Assembly (NCBI GenBank): GCA_964549075.1 | Contig: CAZJUB010000039.1 | Location: 1-22,442 of the forward strand | Direction of reading: 5' to 3' | Origin: an uncultured archaeon | Lineage (GTDB): Archaea > Asgardarchaeota > Heimdallarchaeia > Heimdallarchaeales > Heimdallarchaeaceae | DNA length: 22,442 nucleotides | Shown here: one piece after another, positions 9,010-17,248 of the stretch | How the letters are laid out: each line of letters opens with the position of its first letter | How positions within the stretch are numbered: the stretch's first letter is position 1 | Notes under the pieces: generated by a model | The model's input: the letters and a program-made list of their open reading frames with translations, nothing else | Told to the model about the DNA's origin: nothing | Databases searched by the model: none | Position numbers and translations under genes: made by a program

Positions 9010-9507
9010 CTAAGCTTTCTGTTTATCTATTCTTCCAGCAAAGAAGAAAAGAAGAGCACAGAGTAAACCACCAATTATACCTGCATAAAAACCAGTACCT
9101 AAACCATCGCTCCAAAGATCACTAATTTTACCTATATAAACATAGAAAAGTATTGTAATAAGAATGGTTAAAACGACAGCCCCAATTGATGCAAAGAAAC
9201 CACTCTTTTCTATTCTAGCATCAACTTCCTTAGATACTTTGAGAATAGGATAAAGCTGTTGCAAAGCAACTAATAGGATGTAAACGAACACAAGTCCAAG
9301 TAGAACAATAAGGAACATATCGAAACCAGGAGTGAAAGAGGTACCTAAACCAAAATCATACCCAGAAACACTACTATAGTAAGTTCCTTCGTACCACCAA
9401 GCAAATTCAAAAGCAAAATTGAGAATGGCACCAACTAAGCTGAGAATCATGATCCCAACATATAAGGCAGGTTTTGTATTTTCAGGAATTTCACGTTGTT
9501 CTGACAT
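9010..9507 (-). CDS. Hypothetical four-TM membrane protein (claudin-like topology)
   Basis: Four hydrophobic segments, a longer aromatic loop after TM1 (AWWY...YDFGL) and LGTGFYAG leading into TM4. TTTTTAAA lies 24-31 nt upstream of the ATG. Confidence 0.8.
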   Translation of the reverse strand: MSEQREIPENTKPALYVGIMILSLVGAILNFAFEFAWWYEGTYYSSVSGYDFGLGTSFTPGFDMFLIVLLGLVFVYILLVALQQLYPILKVSKEVDARIEKSGFFASIGAVVLTILITILFYVYIGKISDLWSDGLGTGFYAGIIGGLLCALLFFFAGRIDKQKA

Positions 9508-9599
9508 AAAGAAAAATAAACTAAAACTTGTTTAAAAATATATTCTCCTACCAAAAATACATAGTAAGAATAGAGAAGTAAAGACAATTAGAGAGTAAA

Positions 9600-9613
9600 C
9601 GAAAGTTTTATTA
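9600..9613 (+). promoter_or_regulatory. Candidate BRE plus TATA promoter of the tRNA gene
   Basis: CGAAAG immediately followed by TTTTATTA, about 45 nt upstream of the mature tRNA 5' end. Confidence 0.5.
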
Positions 9614-9673
9614 AAAAATATAGAACGAATGAGAAGTAGTAAAAAAATACTAATAAGTGGGCCCGTGGCTCAG

Positions 9674-9704
9674 AAAATTTTCACTGTGTGTGAAATTTGA
9701 GCTT
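9674..9704 (+). other. Non-canonical tRNA intron at position 15/16 (D-loop), 31 nt, strict hBHBh'
   Basis: Central helix GCTC(9668-71)/GAGC(9699-9702), 3-nt bulges AG|A and TT|T, inner hairpin AAATTTTCAC/GTGAAATTT and outer pairs TG/CA. Confidence 0.88.
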
Positions 9705-9727
9705 TCAGGTAGAGCAGCGGACTCTTA

Positions 9728-9758
9728 AATCATAGAGTTGCGACTTTATGATGAAAAA
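9728..9758 (+). other. Canonical-position (37/38) tRNA intron, 31 nt, relaxed BHB
   Basis: 10-bp hairpin ATCATAGAGT-TGCG-ACTTTATGAT. Removing it restores the 7-nt anticodon loop CTCTTAA. The central helix CTCT/GAAA has two C-A mismatches. Confidence 0.9.
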
Positions 9759-9916
9759 ATCCGTCGGTCGCCGGTTCAAATCCGGCCGGGCTCGCCAATT
9801 TCCTATATTTTTGAAAGCTAAAATAAATGATAAGATAAACACGCAATTTTCTTAACATTATGTTTCCCTCTAAACAAACAGCTATAAAATATAATTAAAA
9901 GATATTTCAACCCATT

Positions 9917-10846
9917 TTATATGCTCATTTTCTCAGCATATTCTCTCTCCCATTCTTTGATTAGATGTTTCTCCCAAGTGTCTGTGTCGATTAAAAGCTT
10001 GATAGTTTCTTCAAAATTTTTTCTTTCTTCAAAAATCTGAAACGCTTCATCTATTTCTATTCCTTCTTTATACAACCAATCATTACAAAGATCTGCAACA
10101 AAACCTGCAAAGATTCTATAAGCCGCCCTATGTTGCTTATTTTGAGAAATAACTACTGTAAACGCTTTCTTAATCTTCTGTACATATACTATGATATTCT
10201 CGCTTTCCAGAGTCTTTAATTCTCCAAGACCTATTGATTTACCTAAATCTAAAACAGCGGACATAAAAGCAGTTATCAAAGTTGCATCGTAAGGTAAAGA
10301 TAGAGTTAACATCAAAAACACTGGTTGACCTGTTTCTAAAGTAATAAGCAAATCAACATCTTGAATAACAAGAGGTTTATCTAGAGGACCATCATTATCT
10401 TGTTTTATAATATCTTTTCCAGAGCGGATGGTTCTTTTGTTAATAATTAAGTTTAGATTACGCATGAAATAGTAAATTCCTTCTTTCTCCTTCTCTAAGA
10501 ATTCTTCATCTTCTATCCATGGATTAGTCTCTATCATAACTTCTAAAGGTTGGAAATTATCTTGAAAATTCTTCTTAACTCTTTTTACGAGAGATTCATA
10601 AGTTCCTTTTTCTTTAACGATAGTAAGAATATAATCACTTTTCTTCTCACAAACAATTTCATTGTTTCCAAATTCAATTAGTTTAGGAGAACTTTCTCCA
10701 AATTCACCTATAATTGATGTAACTGCAGTAATGTAACTAATTACCTCTACATTCTTTTCTTCTGTTCCCCATTCTTCATCGTAGATTCTATAATATCTAC
10801 AGGATCCAGAGGTTTTCAGTACTAAAACTGCTTTTATCAATTTCAA
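9917..10846 (-). CDS. Protein with two tandem longin-like domains
   Basis: Two repeats of the longin pattern: IKAVLVLKTSGSCRYYR...ISYITAVTSIIGEF...LIEFGNNEIVCEK...LTIV, and DLLITLETGQPVF...DATLITAFMSAVLDLGKSIGLGELKTLESENIIVYVQ...TVVIS. TTG start. Confidence 0.7.
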   Translation of the reverse strand: MKLIKAVLVLKTSGSCRYYRIYDEEWGTEEKNVEVISYITAVTSIIGEFGESSPKLIEFGNNEIVCEKKSDYILTIVKEKGTYESLVKRVKKNFQDNFQPLEVMIETNPWIEDEEFLEKEKEGIYYFMRNLNLIINKRTIRSGKDIIKQDNDGPLDKPLVIQDVDLLITLETGQPVFLMLTLSLPYDATLITAFMSAVLDLGKSIGLGELKTLESENIIVYVQKIKKAFTVVISQNKQHRAAYRIFAGFVADLCNDWLYKEGIEIDEAFQIFEERKNFEETIKLLIDTDTWEKHLIKEWEREYAEKMSI

Positions 10847-10931
10847 ATCACACTAACCTAATATACTTTAAGCTAATATAGCTTAGTAAATAAAAATAAC
10901 TCTTAAAACCTTTCTTTAAGGAAAATCAACA

Positions 10932-11999
10932 ATGAACCAACAGTCTTCAGGAGTTCGTATCTCCTATAAACTAGCAGAATCAATTCTGAAAGAATTGAGA
11001 AAACACAAAGTAATAGACTTATCCTTAGAATTTATTAGAGAAACAGATACACTTGTTATCCCTATCACCTTACCAGAGGAAAAACTAACAGCAATTCTAA
11101 AAAAATACAAAGATAATTATGTATTTACAATTCAAAATTTCGAAAAAAAAGAAGTATCACCAACTAATCTATTTGATGCAGTAAAGGATGATATACCTCC
11201 GAAACTCCACGAATTTATACCAAAATCATATGATGTAATAGGAGATATTGTGATAGTAGATATAAATGAGGAAATAATAAAATATAAAGACAGAATTGGT
11301 TCAGCTCTTCTATCTCTTTTTCCATCTATTAATACTGTTTATCGGAAAGCTTCTGCAGTTACAGGGGAACTTAGAGTGAGAAAAGTGGAGTTACTTGCAG
11401 GTGAGAAAAAATGTGAGACGATACATATCGAACATGGAATCAAAATCTGGGTTAACGTTTGCGAAGCATATTTTAGTCCCCGACTTGGTCATGAACATAA
11501 AAGAGTAGCTGATGAAGTATTAGAAAATGAGATTATCGTTGATCTCTTTACAGGAGTAGGACCGTTTCCTCTTCATATAACTAAAAATGTCATTGCAACA
11601 GTCTTTGCAGTAGATATCAATAAAGTCGCGTTGAAATGTTTGGAAAAGTCTATGGAATTAAACAATCTGAAAGGAAAAATTGCTTTAATTTATGGAGACT
11701 GCAGACTAGTAACTAATTCTCTTCTTCAAGCTGATAGAATCATAATGAACCTTCCAAGTAAGGCTCAAGAGTATTTTGATGTAGTATGTCAGATCATTAA
11801 ACCAGGAGGAATTATATATTTCTATCAATTTGTCCCAGATGAAGAACCAGAGATAAAAATGAAAGAAATTCTTGAAGAAAAACTTAGAGAGCACAAATTT
11901 GTAATCAAAGAGGTTTTAAGCTTTCAAAAAATCAGAGAAAGTGCTCCAAGAGAGATTCATGCCTGTTTAGAAGCTTCTATTTCTCCGTTTTCAATTTGA
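10932..11999 (+). CDS. trm5: Trm5-family (Met-10+-like) tRNA m1G37 methyltransferase
   Basis: PKSYDVIGDIVIV, GELRVR, TIHIEHG, AYFSPRL..EH.R, DLFTGVGPF, AVDIN and DRIIMNLP. Confidence 0.9.
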   Translation: MNQQSSGVRISYKLAESILKELRKHKVIDLSLEFIRETDTLVIPITLPEEKLTAILKKYKDNYVFTIQNFEKKEVSPTNLFDAVKDDIPPKLHEFIPKSYDVIGDIVIVDINEEIIKYKDRIGSALLSLFPSINTVYRKASAVTGELRVRKVELLAGEKKCETIHIEHGIKIWVNVCEAYFSPRLGHEHKRVADEVLENEIIVDLFTGVGPFPLHITKNVIATVFAVDINKVALKCLEKSMELNNLKGKIALIYGDCRLVTNSLLQADRIIMNLPSKAQEYFDVVCQIIKPGGIIYFYQFVPDEEPEIKMKEILEEKLREHKFVIKEVLSFQKIRESAPREIHACLEASISPFSI

Positions 12000-12406
12000 A
12001 TCGTTACTTTCATCTTTGAACTCGGATTCTTCATCAATTCACGTATTTCTTTAGAGATATCTGACGCAGATTTGTCAGCATTTATCATTAATGTTTTAGG
12101 GCAAAGAAAATTACTTTTTCGTATAATAATTGCAGACTCATCAGAAAGTTGAAGATTCGGATGCCCTTTTCCTTTAATTTCCTCATCAAATCCGAGTACG
12201 TTTAAGATAACTTTTACATTGTTATTTTCGTCTCTAAGAAGACTCTTAACTTCGTCTGGCAGATTTAATAGATTAGTTGTTGCTCTTACGCCTAGAATAC
12301 AATCTCCTCTAAAGGTTAAATCAGAATCAACAGTAAATTCAAGTGTTGACTTGTGTCGAGAGGTTACATGAGAATGGCCAAAACACTCGAAGGTAAATAA
12401 CACCAT
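11957..12406 (-). CDS. DUF371 family protein
   Basis: GHSHVTSRHKSTLEFT.D..LT.RGDCILGVRA...GHPNL.L....IIRKS.F....L.I.ADKSA.DI. Confidence 0.92.
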   Translation of the reverse strand: MVLFTFECFGHSHVTSRHKSTLEFTVDSDLTFRGDCILGVRATTNLLNLPDEVKSLLRDENNNVKVILNVLGFDEEIKGKGHPNLQLSDESAIIIRKSNFLCPKTLMINADKSASDISKEIRELMKNPSSKMKVTIQIENGEIEASKQA

Positions 12407-12567
12407 GAAAATTCGTTTTCATAACACTTTAACAAAATTTCGTTTACTGATAATTCAAGTGATTATATCTTCCACTTCAATGTTGCTCCAAATTGTTTAA
12501 ATTAATTAACTTTTGATTAGAAAATATTATATTATTGTAATAAAAAATAAGTTAGGTAGTTGCATTC

Positions 12568-13782
12568 ATGTCTCAAGATTTACCTTTAGAAGAAGCTTAT
12601 GATTGGTTTAATAGTCGTGTTTCATCGAGTATGTCTAGCTATCGAAATAGCGCAGCAAAACAACTTCGATCCATAAAAGATAAAGTAGAAGAAGTTAAAA
12701 GTGCAGCACACAGATTTGATTACTCTGATATTAAAGATCCTGATGTTTACCAAAACTATGCAACCACAATATTTACTAACATCAACGAAATTTTTGAGGA
12801 TCTTGAAACTCCAGAACAAATTACTTACAAAAATCTTGAAGATTTTCTTTCTAATATACAAAGCAAAATTAATTCTTGTATGAATATGCTTTCAAAATAT
12901 CTTTCTTGGTTAAAAAGAGACAGGTCATATAAAGATAAAGTCAAGAGTCTAGATAGATCCCTAACGAGATTAAAAGAAGATGTACATATTTTTGAAACTA
13001 AAACCTTAGTCTCTTATTCAGAAATAGTGAAATTTGAGAGAGTGTTAGAGGATATAGAAAGATTAAAACAACTTGTGGAGCGACAAAATGAACTAGAAGA
13101 AGAAATCGAATCTTATGCTGATGATGTCGAAAAAATAACTAATGAAATAAATGAAAATCAAAGTGCATTAGATGAATTTGAGAATCATCCGGGATTTATA
13201 CAATTAGAAAAAAATAGAAAAGAACTAGAACGAATTGAAATAACTATTTCAAATAGATTATCAGAAATAAAAAAGCTCTCGAGCAAAGTATTGAAAGCTG
13301 TTGATAATAAAAAAGTTGATTTAAATGATTATGATAAAGAGGTTCTTAAAAGCCTAACAAAGGATCCATTAACAGCTTTTGTTAAAGAACCAGAAGGGTA
13401 TAGGGGGATAAAATCATCCTTAAACGTACTAAAAAAAGTCAGCACAGAACCTTCTATTCAGATGAAAAAGGAAAAACTTCAACGTGCATATGAAAATATT
13501 GAGGAAATTTTAAATGATGAGCTACTTGAGTTACAAAAAACTGCTCAGTTTATTGTCAAACAAAGTGAAGCAATAGACTATAAATTCCAAGAAATGCAAC
13601 TAGATGTCAAAATGAAGAAACTCAGAGAATTGATTGATAATCTGAAAATTGATCGAAACAGAATAACATTATCTATTAGAAGAGAAAAAAATGAAGTTGA
13701 AGAGGAAATACAATCCTTAAACAAATCTATTGAAGAAAATATCAATGAATTTACTAATCGCTCTATAAAACTTGTTTATTAG
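12568..13782 (+). CDS. Hypothetical all-helical coiled-coil protein (404 aa)
   Basis: E/K/L-rich heptad stretches at about aa 150-240 and 330-395. No Walker motif or TM segment. Confidence 0.8.
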   Translation: MSQDLPLEEAYDWFNSRVSSSMSSYRNSAAKQLRSIKDKVEEVKSAAHRFDYSDIKDPDVYQNYATTIFTNINEIFEDLETPEQITYKNLEDFLSNIQSKINSCMNMLSKYLSWLKRDRSYKDKVKSLDRSLTRLKEDVHIFETKTLVSYSEIVKFERVLEDIERLKQLVERQNELEEEIESYADDVEKITNEINENQSALDEFENHPGFIQLEKNRKELERIEITISNRLSEIKKLSSKVLKAVDNKKVDLNDYDKEVLKSLTKDPLTAFVKEPEGYRGIKSSLNVLKKVSTEPSIQMKKEKLQRAYENIEEILNDELLELQKTAQFIVKQSEAIDYKFQEMQLDVKMKKLRELIDNLKIDRNRITLSIRREKNEVEEEIQSLNKSIEENINEFTNRSIKLVY

Positions 13783-13892
13783 AGTTTTAAAACAGATATT
13801 CTTCTGTTATTGCTTACTACTTTTGTTGATTTCATACAAAAATGACCTAAACAAAATAAACCTTAAATCTATATTGTATTCATGTTAAACTG

Positions 13893-15095
13893 ATGAATGA
13901 AATGGAAAAATGGACAGCAACATCAGAAGAAATCAAGGAAGGAAAAACAACAGATGTTTACTTTTTAAGAACGATTCAATGTTTAGATAAAGACGGTTTT
14001 GACAAAATCAAAGCATGGGCAGAAGTAACTACTGGAGGAATTCCAAGAGATGGTAAGCAATTATTGTTTTTAGGGCTTCAGGATGTTTTAAACCTCTTTA
14101 TTGAAGCAAAGTTGTCAGTTGATATATATGCAATAGAAGAAGGCACAATTTTACCATTTAAAGATTATAATGGCGTAAGAATTCCTTTTTTAGTCGTAGA
14201 CGGTGTTTATAGAGAGTACGCAAAATATGAAACACCGATGTTAGGACTGCTGTGCTTTCAATCAGGTGTAGGTACCTCGGCACTAAGATTAAGGATAGCT
14301 GCACAAGAAAAAATACTGCTTTCTTTTGGTATTAGAAGAATGCCCCCTGCAATTGCTCCAACAATTGATAGAGCTTGTTATCTAGCAGGTTTTGATGGAA
14401 TTTCATGTGTATTAAGTGCAGAAAAACTTGGAATTCCTGCAACAGGAACCATTCCTCATGCTCTGATCATGATAGAAGGAGGAATCCAACCAGCTATTAT
14501 TTCATTTGATAGAAATATTGACCCTTCAGTTGCCAGAGTAGCTTTAGCTGATACATTTAATGACGAAAGAATTGAAGTTCTTGCTGCTCTTGAAGCTATT
14601 GGCGAGAAACTAGAAGGTGTTAGATTAGATACTCCTAGTTCAAGAAGAGGAAACATGCATGAACTTATCCAAGAGATTAAATGGGAATTAAAACTTCGAA
14701 ATCGTGAGGACCTTAAAATTTACCTAAGTGGAGGTCTGACAGAAACCGCAATTTTAGAATTCAGAGATCTAGTTGATGGTTTTGGAATTGGAACCTATGT
14801 TGCTAATAGCCCAACTGTTGATTTTGCATTTGATATCGTAAACATTGAAGAGGAAGACATTGTAAAACGCGGGAAATTTATCGGAAAGAAGCAAGTTGGT
14901 TACTGCGAAAAATGTGATATTTATCTGTGTGATCGATTTGAAAAAGAGAAAATAATTTGTCCAGAATGCAATAGTGAAATGAAAAAAATGTTGCATAAAT
15001 ATATAGAGAAGGGGCAATTAATTACAAAACTTCCAATTGAAGAAGACATTCGAGATTATGTTAGGAAACAGAAAATTAACTTGAAAGAGATGTGA
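13893..15095 (+). CDS. pncB: Nicotinate phosphoribosyltransferase, archaeal type, with a C-terminal Zn ribbon
   Basis: TTDVYF.RT, YETPMLG, SFGIRR, GTIPHAL, DTFNDE, GVRLDTPSSRRG, SGGL, GFGIGT and CEKC...CPEC. Confidence 0.94.
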   Translation: MNEMEKWTATSEEIKEGKTTDVYFLRTIQCLDKDGFDKIKAWAEVTTGGIPRDGKQLLFLGLQDVLNLFIEAKLSVDIYAIEEGTILPFKDYNGVRIPFLVVDGVYREYAKYETPMLGLLCFQSGVGTSALRLRIAAQEKILLSFGIRRMPPAIAPTIDRACYLAGFDGISCVLSAEKLGIPATGTIPHALIMIEGGIQPAIISFDRNIDPSVARVALADTFNDERIEVLAALEAIGEKLEGVRLDTPSSRRGNMHELIQEIKWELKLRNREDLKIYLSGGLTETAILEFRDLVDGFGIGTYVANSPTVDFAFDIVNIEEEDIVKRGKFIGKKQVGYCEKCDIYLCDRFEKEKIICPECNSEMKKMLHKYIEKGQLITKLPIEEDIRDYVRKQKINLKEM

Positions 15096-15210
15096 AAAAA
15101 TCTAATTTGTTGCCCAACCAAATAAGTTTAAAAGTAATATTGAGAAAAAAGATACAAGTAATAGCTTGGTATATAAAGATTAATAGAGCTAGAAAACGAA
15201 GGTAATCCAG

Positions 15211-15600
15211 ATGGCATTTGGAATAACATTTGAGAATAAGACAAATGAGTTGAAAACTACATTAAGTGATTTGAAAATCAAGGTGCCTGAAATAGAGAGC
15301 GCTGCAATTGTATCAATTGAAGGATTACCAATAGCATCGGTTTTGCCTCAGGAAATAGAAGAGGCTAGATTAGCTGCAATGACTGCGGCAATGCTATCTT
15401 TGGGTGAGAGAGTAGCACAAGAGATGCAAAGAGGAGAACTAGAAAAAATCTTCATCGAAGGAGCTTATGGATACATTATTACAACCGCAGCAGGTCAGAA
15501 TGCAGTATTGACTGTATCTGCTAGAAAAGAAGCAAAACTTGGATTAGTCTTTCTTGACATGGCTAGAGCAGCTCAAGATGTAGAACGCCAATTAAGTTAA
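15211..15600 (+). CDS. Roadblock/LC7-domain protein (long form with C-terminal helix)
   Basis: PEIESAAIVSIEGLPIAS...RLAAMTAAMLSLGERVAQEMQRGELEKIFIEG..GYII...AVLTV.....KLGLVFLDM. Confidence 0.95.
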   Translation: MAFGITFENKTNELKTTLSDLKIKVPEIESAAIVSIEGLPIASVLPQEIEEARLAAMTAAMLSLGERVAQEMQRGELEKIFIEGAYGYIITTAAGQNAVLTVSARKEAKLGLVFLDMARAAQDVERQLS

Positions 15601-15722
15601 AGTTTCTTTTACTATTTTAGTCATATTTTCTAAAGATGAGAGTATACTTTGTTAGAGAGATTTAAACTCATCTTACGAAAAATAAATAAAAACAATTTCA
15701 TTTCAAAGATTGAGCTGAATAA

Positions 15723-16631
15723 ATGAGCAATAAAATTGATGACCAAGAAGCTACGGAAAATTTGGTAGTAAATCTAGGGAAACTTGAGGAAGACATAAAC
15801 AAACTTAGGAACCTTCGGAATGAATACAATCAACGTACTAAAAATGTTTTAACTAAAAGAAATGAAATAAATAAGGAAATTCAAGATCTTTTGGACAAAG
15901 CGAAGGAATTTACTCAAAAACGTGATGATTTAAATCAACAAGTTAAAGATTTGAAACAAAAACGTAAAAATCTTCAGGAATCTTTAGCACAAGATAAACA
16001 AACTCTTGAAGAAATAGTTGAAAAAGAGCAAACTATAGACAAAGGAAACATTCGTAAGAAACGAAACACTATGATTGGAATAAGTAAGAGGATAGATAAA
16101 ATAGAATGGGAATTACAGACTAGTATTCTCGATTCAGACGAAGAGAAAGAGATGATTCAGTCTTTAGAAAAACTTTCAGATCAAGTAAATAAACTAGCAG
16201 AAGAAGTCCATATTACAACTAAACAAAATGAACTCTGGAGAAAAATTTCTTCTACACAAAAAGAAATCAATATTCTTCATATCCAGATTGTAGATGTTGC
16301 AAAAGAATCGCAAATTTATCATAATTTAATGAACCAGCATTTTCAGAAGGTCAATTCTTTAAGAAAAATTGCTACTGAATATCACAAGGAATTTATTAGT
16401 AATAAAAAAACTGCTGATAGTTATCATAAGGAATATCTTGCTAAAGTCACAGAAAAAAATGAATTAAGAAAACAACTTAAGAATGCTCAACAAGAACATA
16501 GAAGGAAAATAAAAGAACGTATTAAGTCCAATATTGAAGAAAATGTCAATAAAGCTTTTGAAAAATATGAAGCTGGTGAAAATCTCAGTTTAGAGGAATT
16601 CAGACTCTTAGTTGAAAATGGGATGATTTAG
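15723..16631 (+). CDS. Archaeal coiled-coil protein (COG1340-like)
   Basis: Heptad repeats RNEYN/RNEIN/RDDLN, IEWELQTSILD..EEKE, ADSYH and the C-terminal GENLSLEEFRLL signature. Confidence 0.85.
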   Translation: MSNKIDDQEATENLVVNLGKLEEDINKLRNLRNEYNQRTKNVLTKRNEINKEIQDLLDKAKEFTQKRDDLNQQVKDLKQKRKNLQESLAQDKQTLEEIVEKEQTIDKGNIRKKRNTMIGISKRIDKIEWELQTSILDSDEEKEMIQSLEKLSDQVNKLAEEVHITTKQNELWRKISSTQKEINILHIQIVDVAKESQIYHNLMNQHFQKVNSLRKIATEYHKEFISNKKTADSYHKEYLAKVTEKNELRKQLKNAQQEHRRKIKERIKSNIEENVNKAFEKYEAGENLSLEEFRLLVENGMI

Positions 16632-16650
16632 TAGTTATCCTTATCTATTG

Positions 16651-17094
16651 TTATAAATCTTCAACTAGTATCAAATAGTCCGCATACATCAAACTATTTT
16701 CTATTACACTTTTTGATGGTGCTATTAGCAGTATTTCTGTCGATTCTCTTGCAGAAGAAATCATGGGTAAGAGGACCTCATCAATAACACCTAAACATAA
16801 AATATCAGTTTGCTGAGTTAGAACAACATCCATCGCTTCAAGTGCCATATGAATCTCTTCATCTGAAGGGACTATTACTGGAGAAATTCCCTTTTTGATA
16901 TATGCACCATATTCTTCTGGTTTAAGCTGATGATCGAAAATTACCATAGATTTTCTAATACTACCAATTTCTTTTATTTGGTCGAGAATATGTATTATTT
17001 GAGTTTCAGAAAGAGTCTCAATTAGTTTACCTGTGAATATACAACTAATGTTTTTTCCTTGTTTTTTCAAGATATTCAGAACTCTTTCAGTCAT
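16651..17094 (-). CDS. NYN/PIN-fold (TIGR00288/DUF88-like) protein with a degenerate active site
   Basis: IHMALEAMD...DILCLGVID..LLPMI..ARE...LMYADYLI resembles the TIGR00288 C-terminal half. The ATG at 17094 is preferred over 17118. Confidence 0.65.
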   Translation of the reverse strand: MTERVLNILKKQGKNISCIFTGKLIETLSETQIIHILDQIKEIGSIRKSMVIFDHQLKPEEYGAYIKKGISPVIVPSDEEIHMALEAMDVVLTQQTDILCLGVIDEVLLPMISSARESTEILLIAPSKSVIENSLMYADYLILVEDL

Positions 17095-17248
17095 ATTATT
17101 TGGTAAACATTTGCACAATTATAAATAATTTCGTTTCAATATTTTTTAAGATTTGAAAATAGTAGATATAAAAAGAGATTAAAAGAGTAATAGTTTGAAT
17201 TTCATAAATATCATATTTCCAACTATTTGATAAATATAGGTGGCTTTA

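Larger units (their letters stand above)
9659..9797 (+). tRNA. tRNA-Lys (anticodon CTT) with two introns (9674-9704 and 9728-9758) and an encoded CCA
   Basis: Acceptor stem GGGCCCG/CGGGCTC, then G73 and CCA. After splicing the D-arm reads GCTC-AGTCAGGTA-GAGC. Anticodon arm GCGGA-CTCTTAA-TCCGT. T-arm GCCGG-TTCAAAT-CCGGC. Spliced length is 77 nt including CCA. Confidence 0.95.

Noticed and set aside
9674-9758. The two hairpins read as terminators, a mini-CRISPR or a tRNA pseudogene
   Set aside because: Both sit at positions where excision restores an intact cloverleaf with BHB geometry, so introns explain them better.
9760-10846. Possible element integrated at the tRNA 3' end
   Set aside because: No integrase, no duplicated tRNA 3' segment seen in the window, and the flanking genes look native.
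15723-16631. Phosphoserine phosphatase or SMC/Rad50 label for the coiled-coil proteins
   Set aside because: No HAD DxDxT motif and no Walker A/B motif in this protein or in the 12568-13782 protein.
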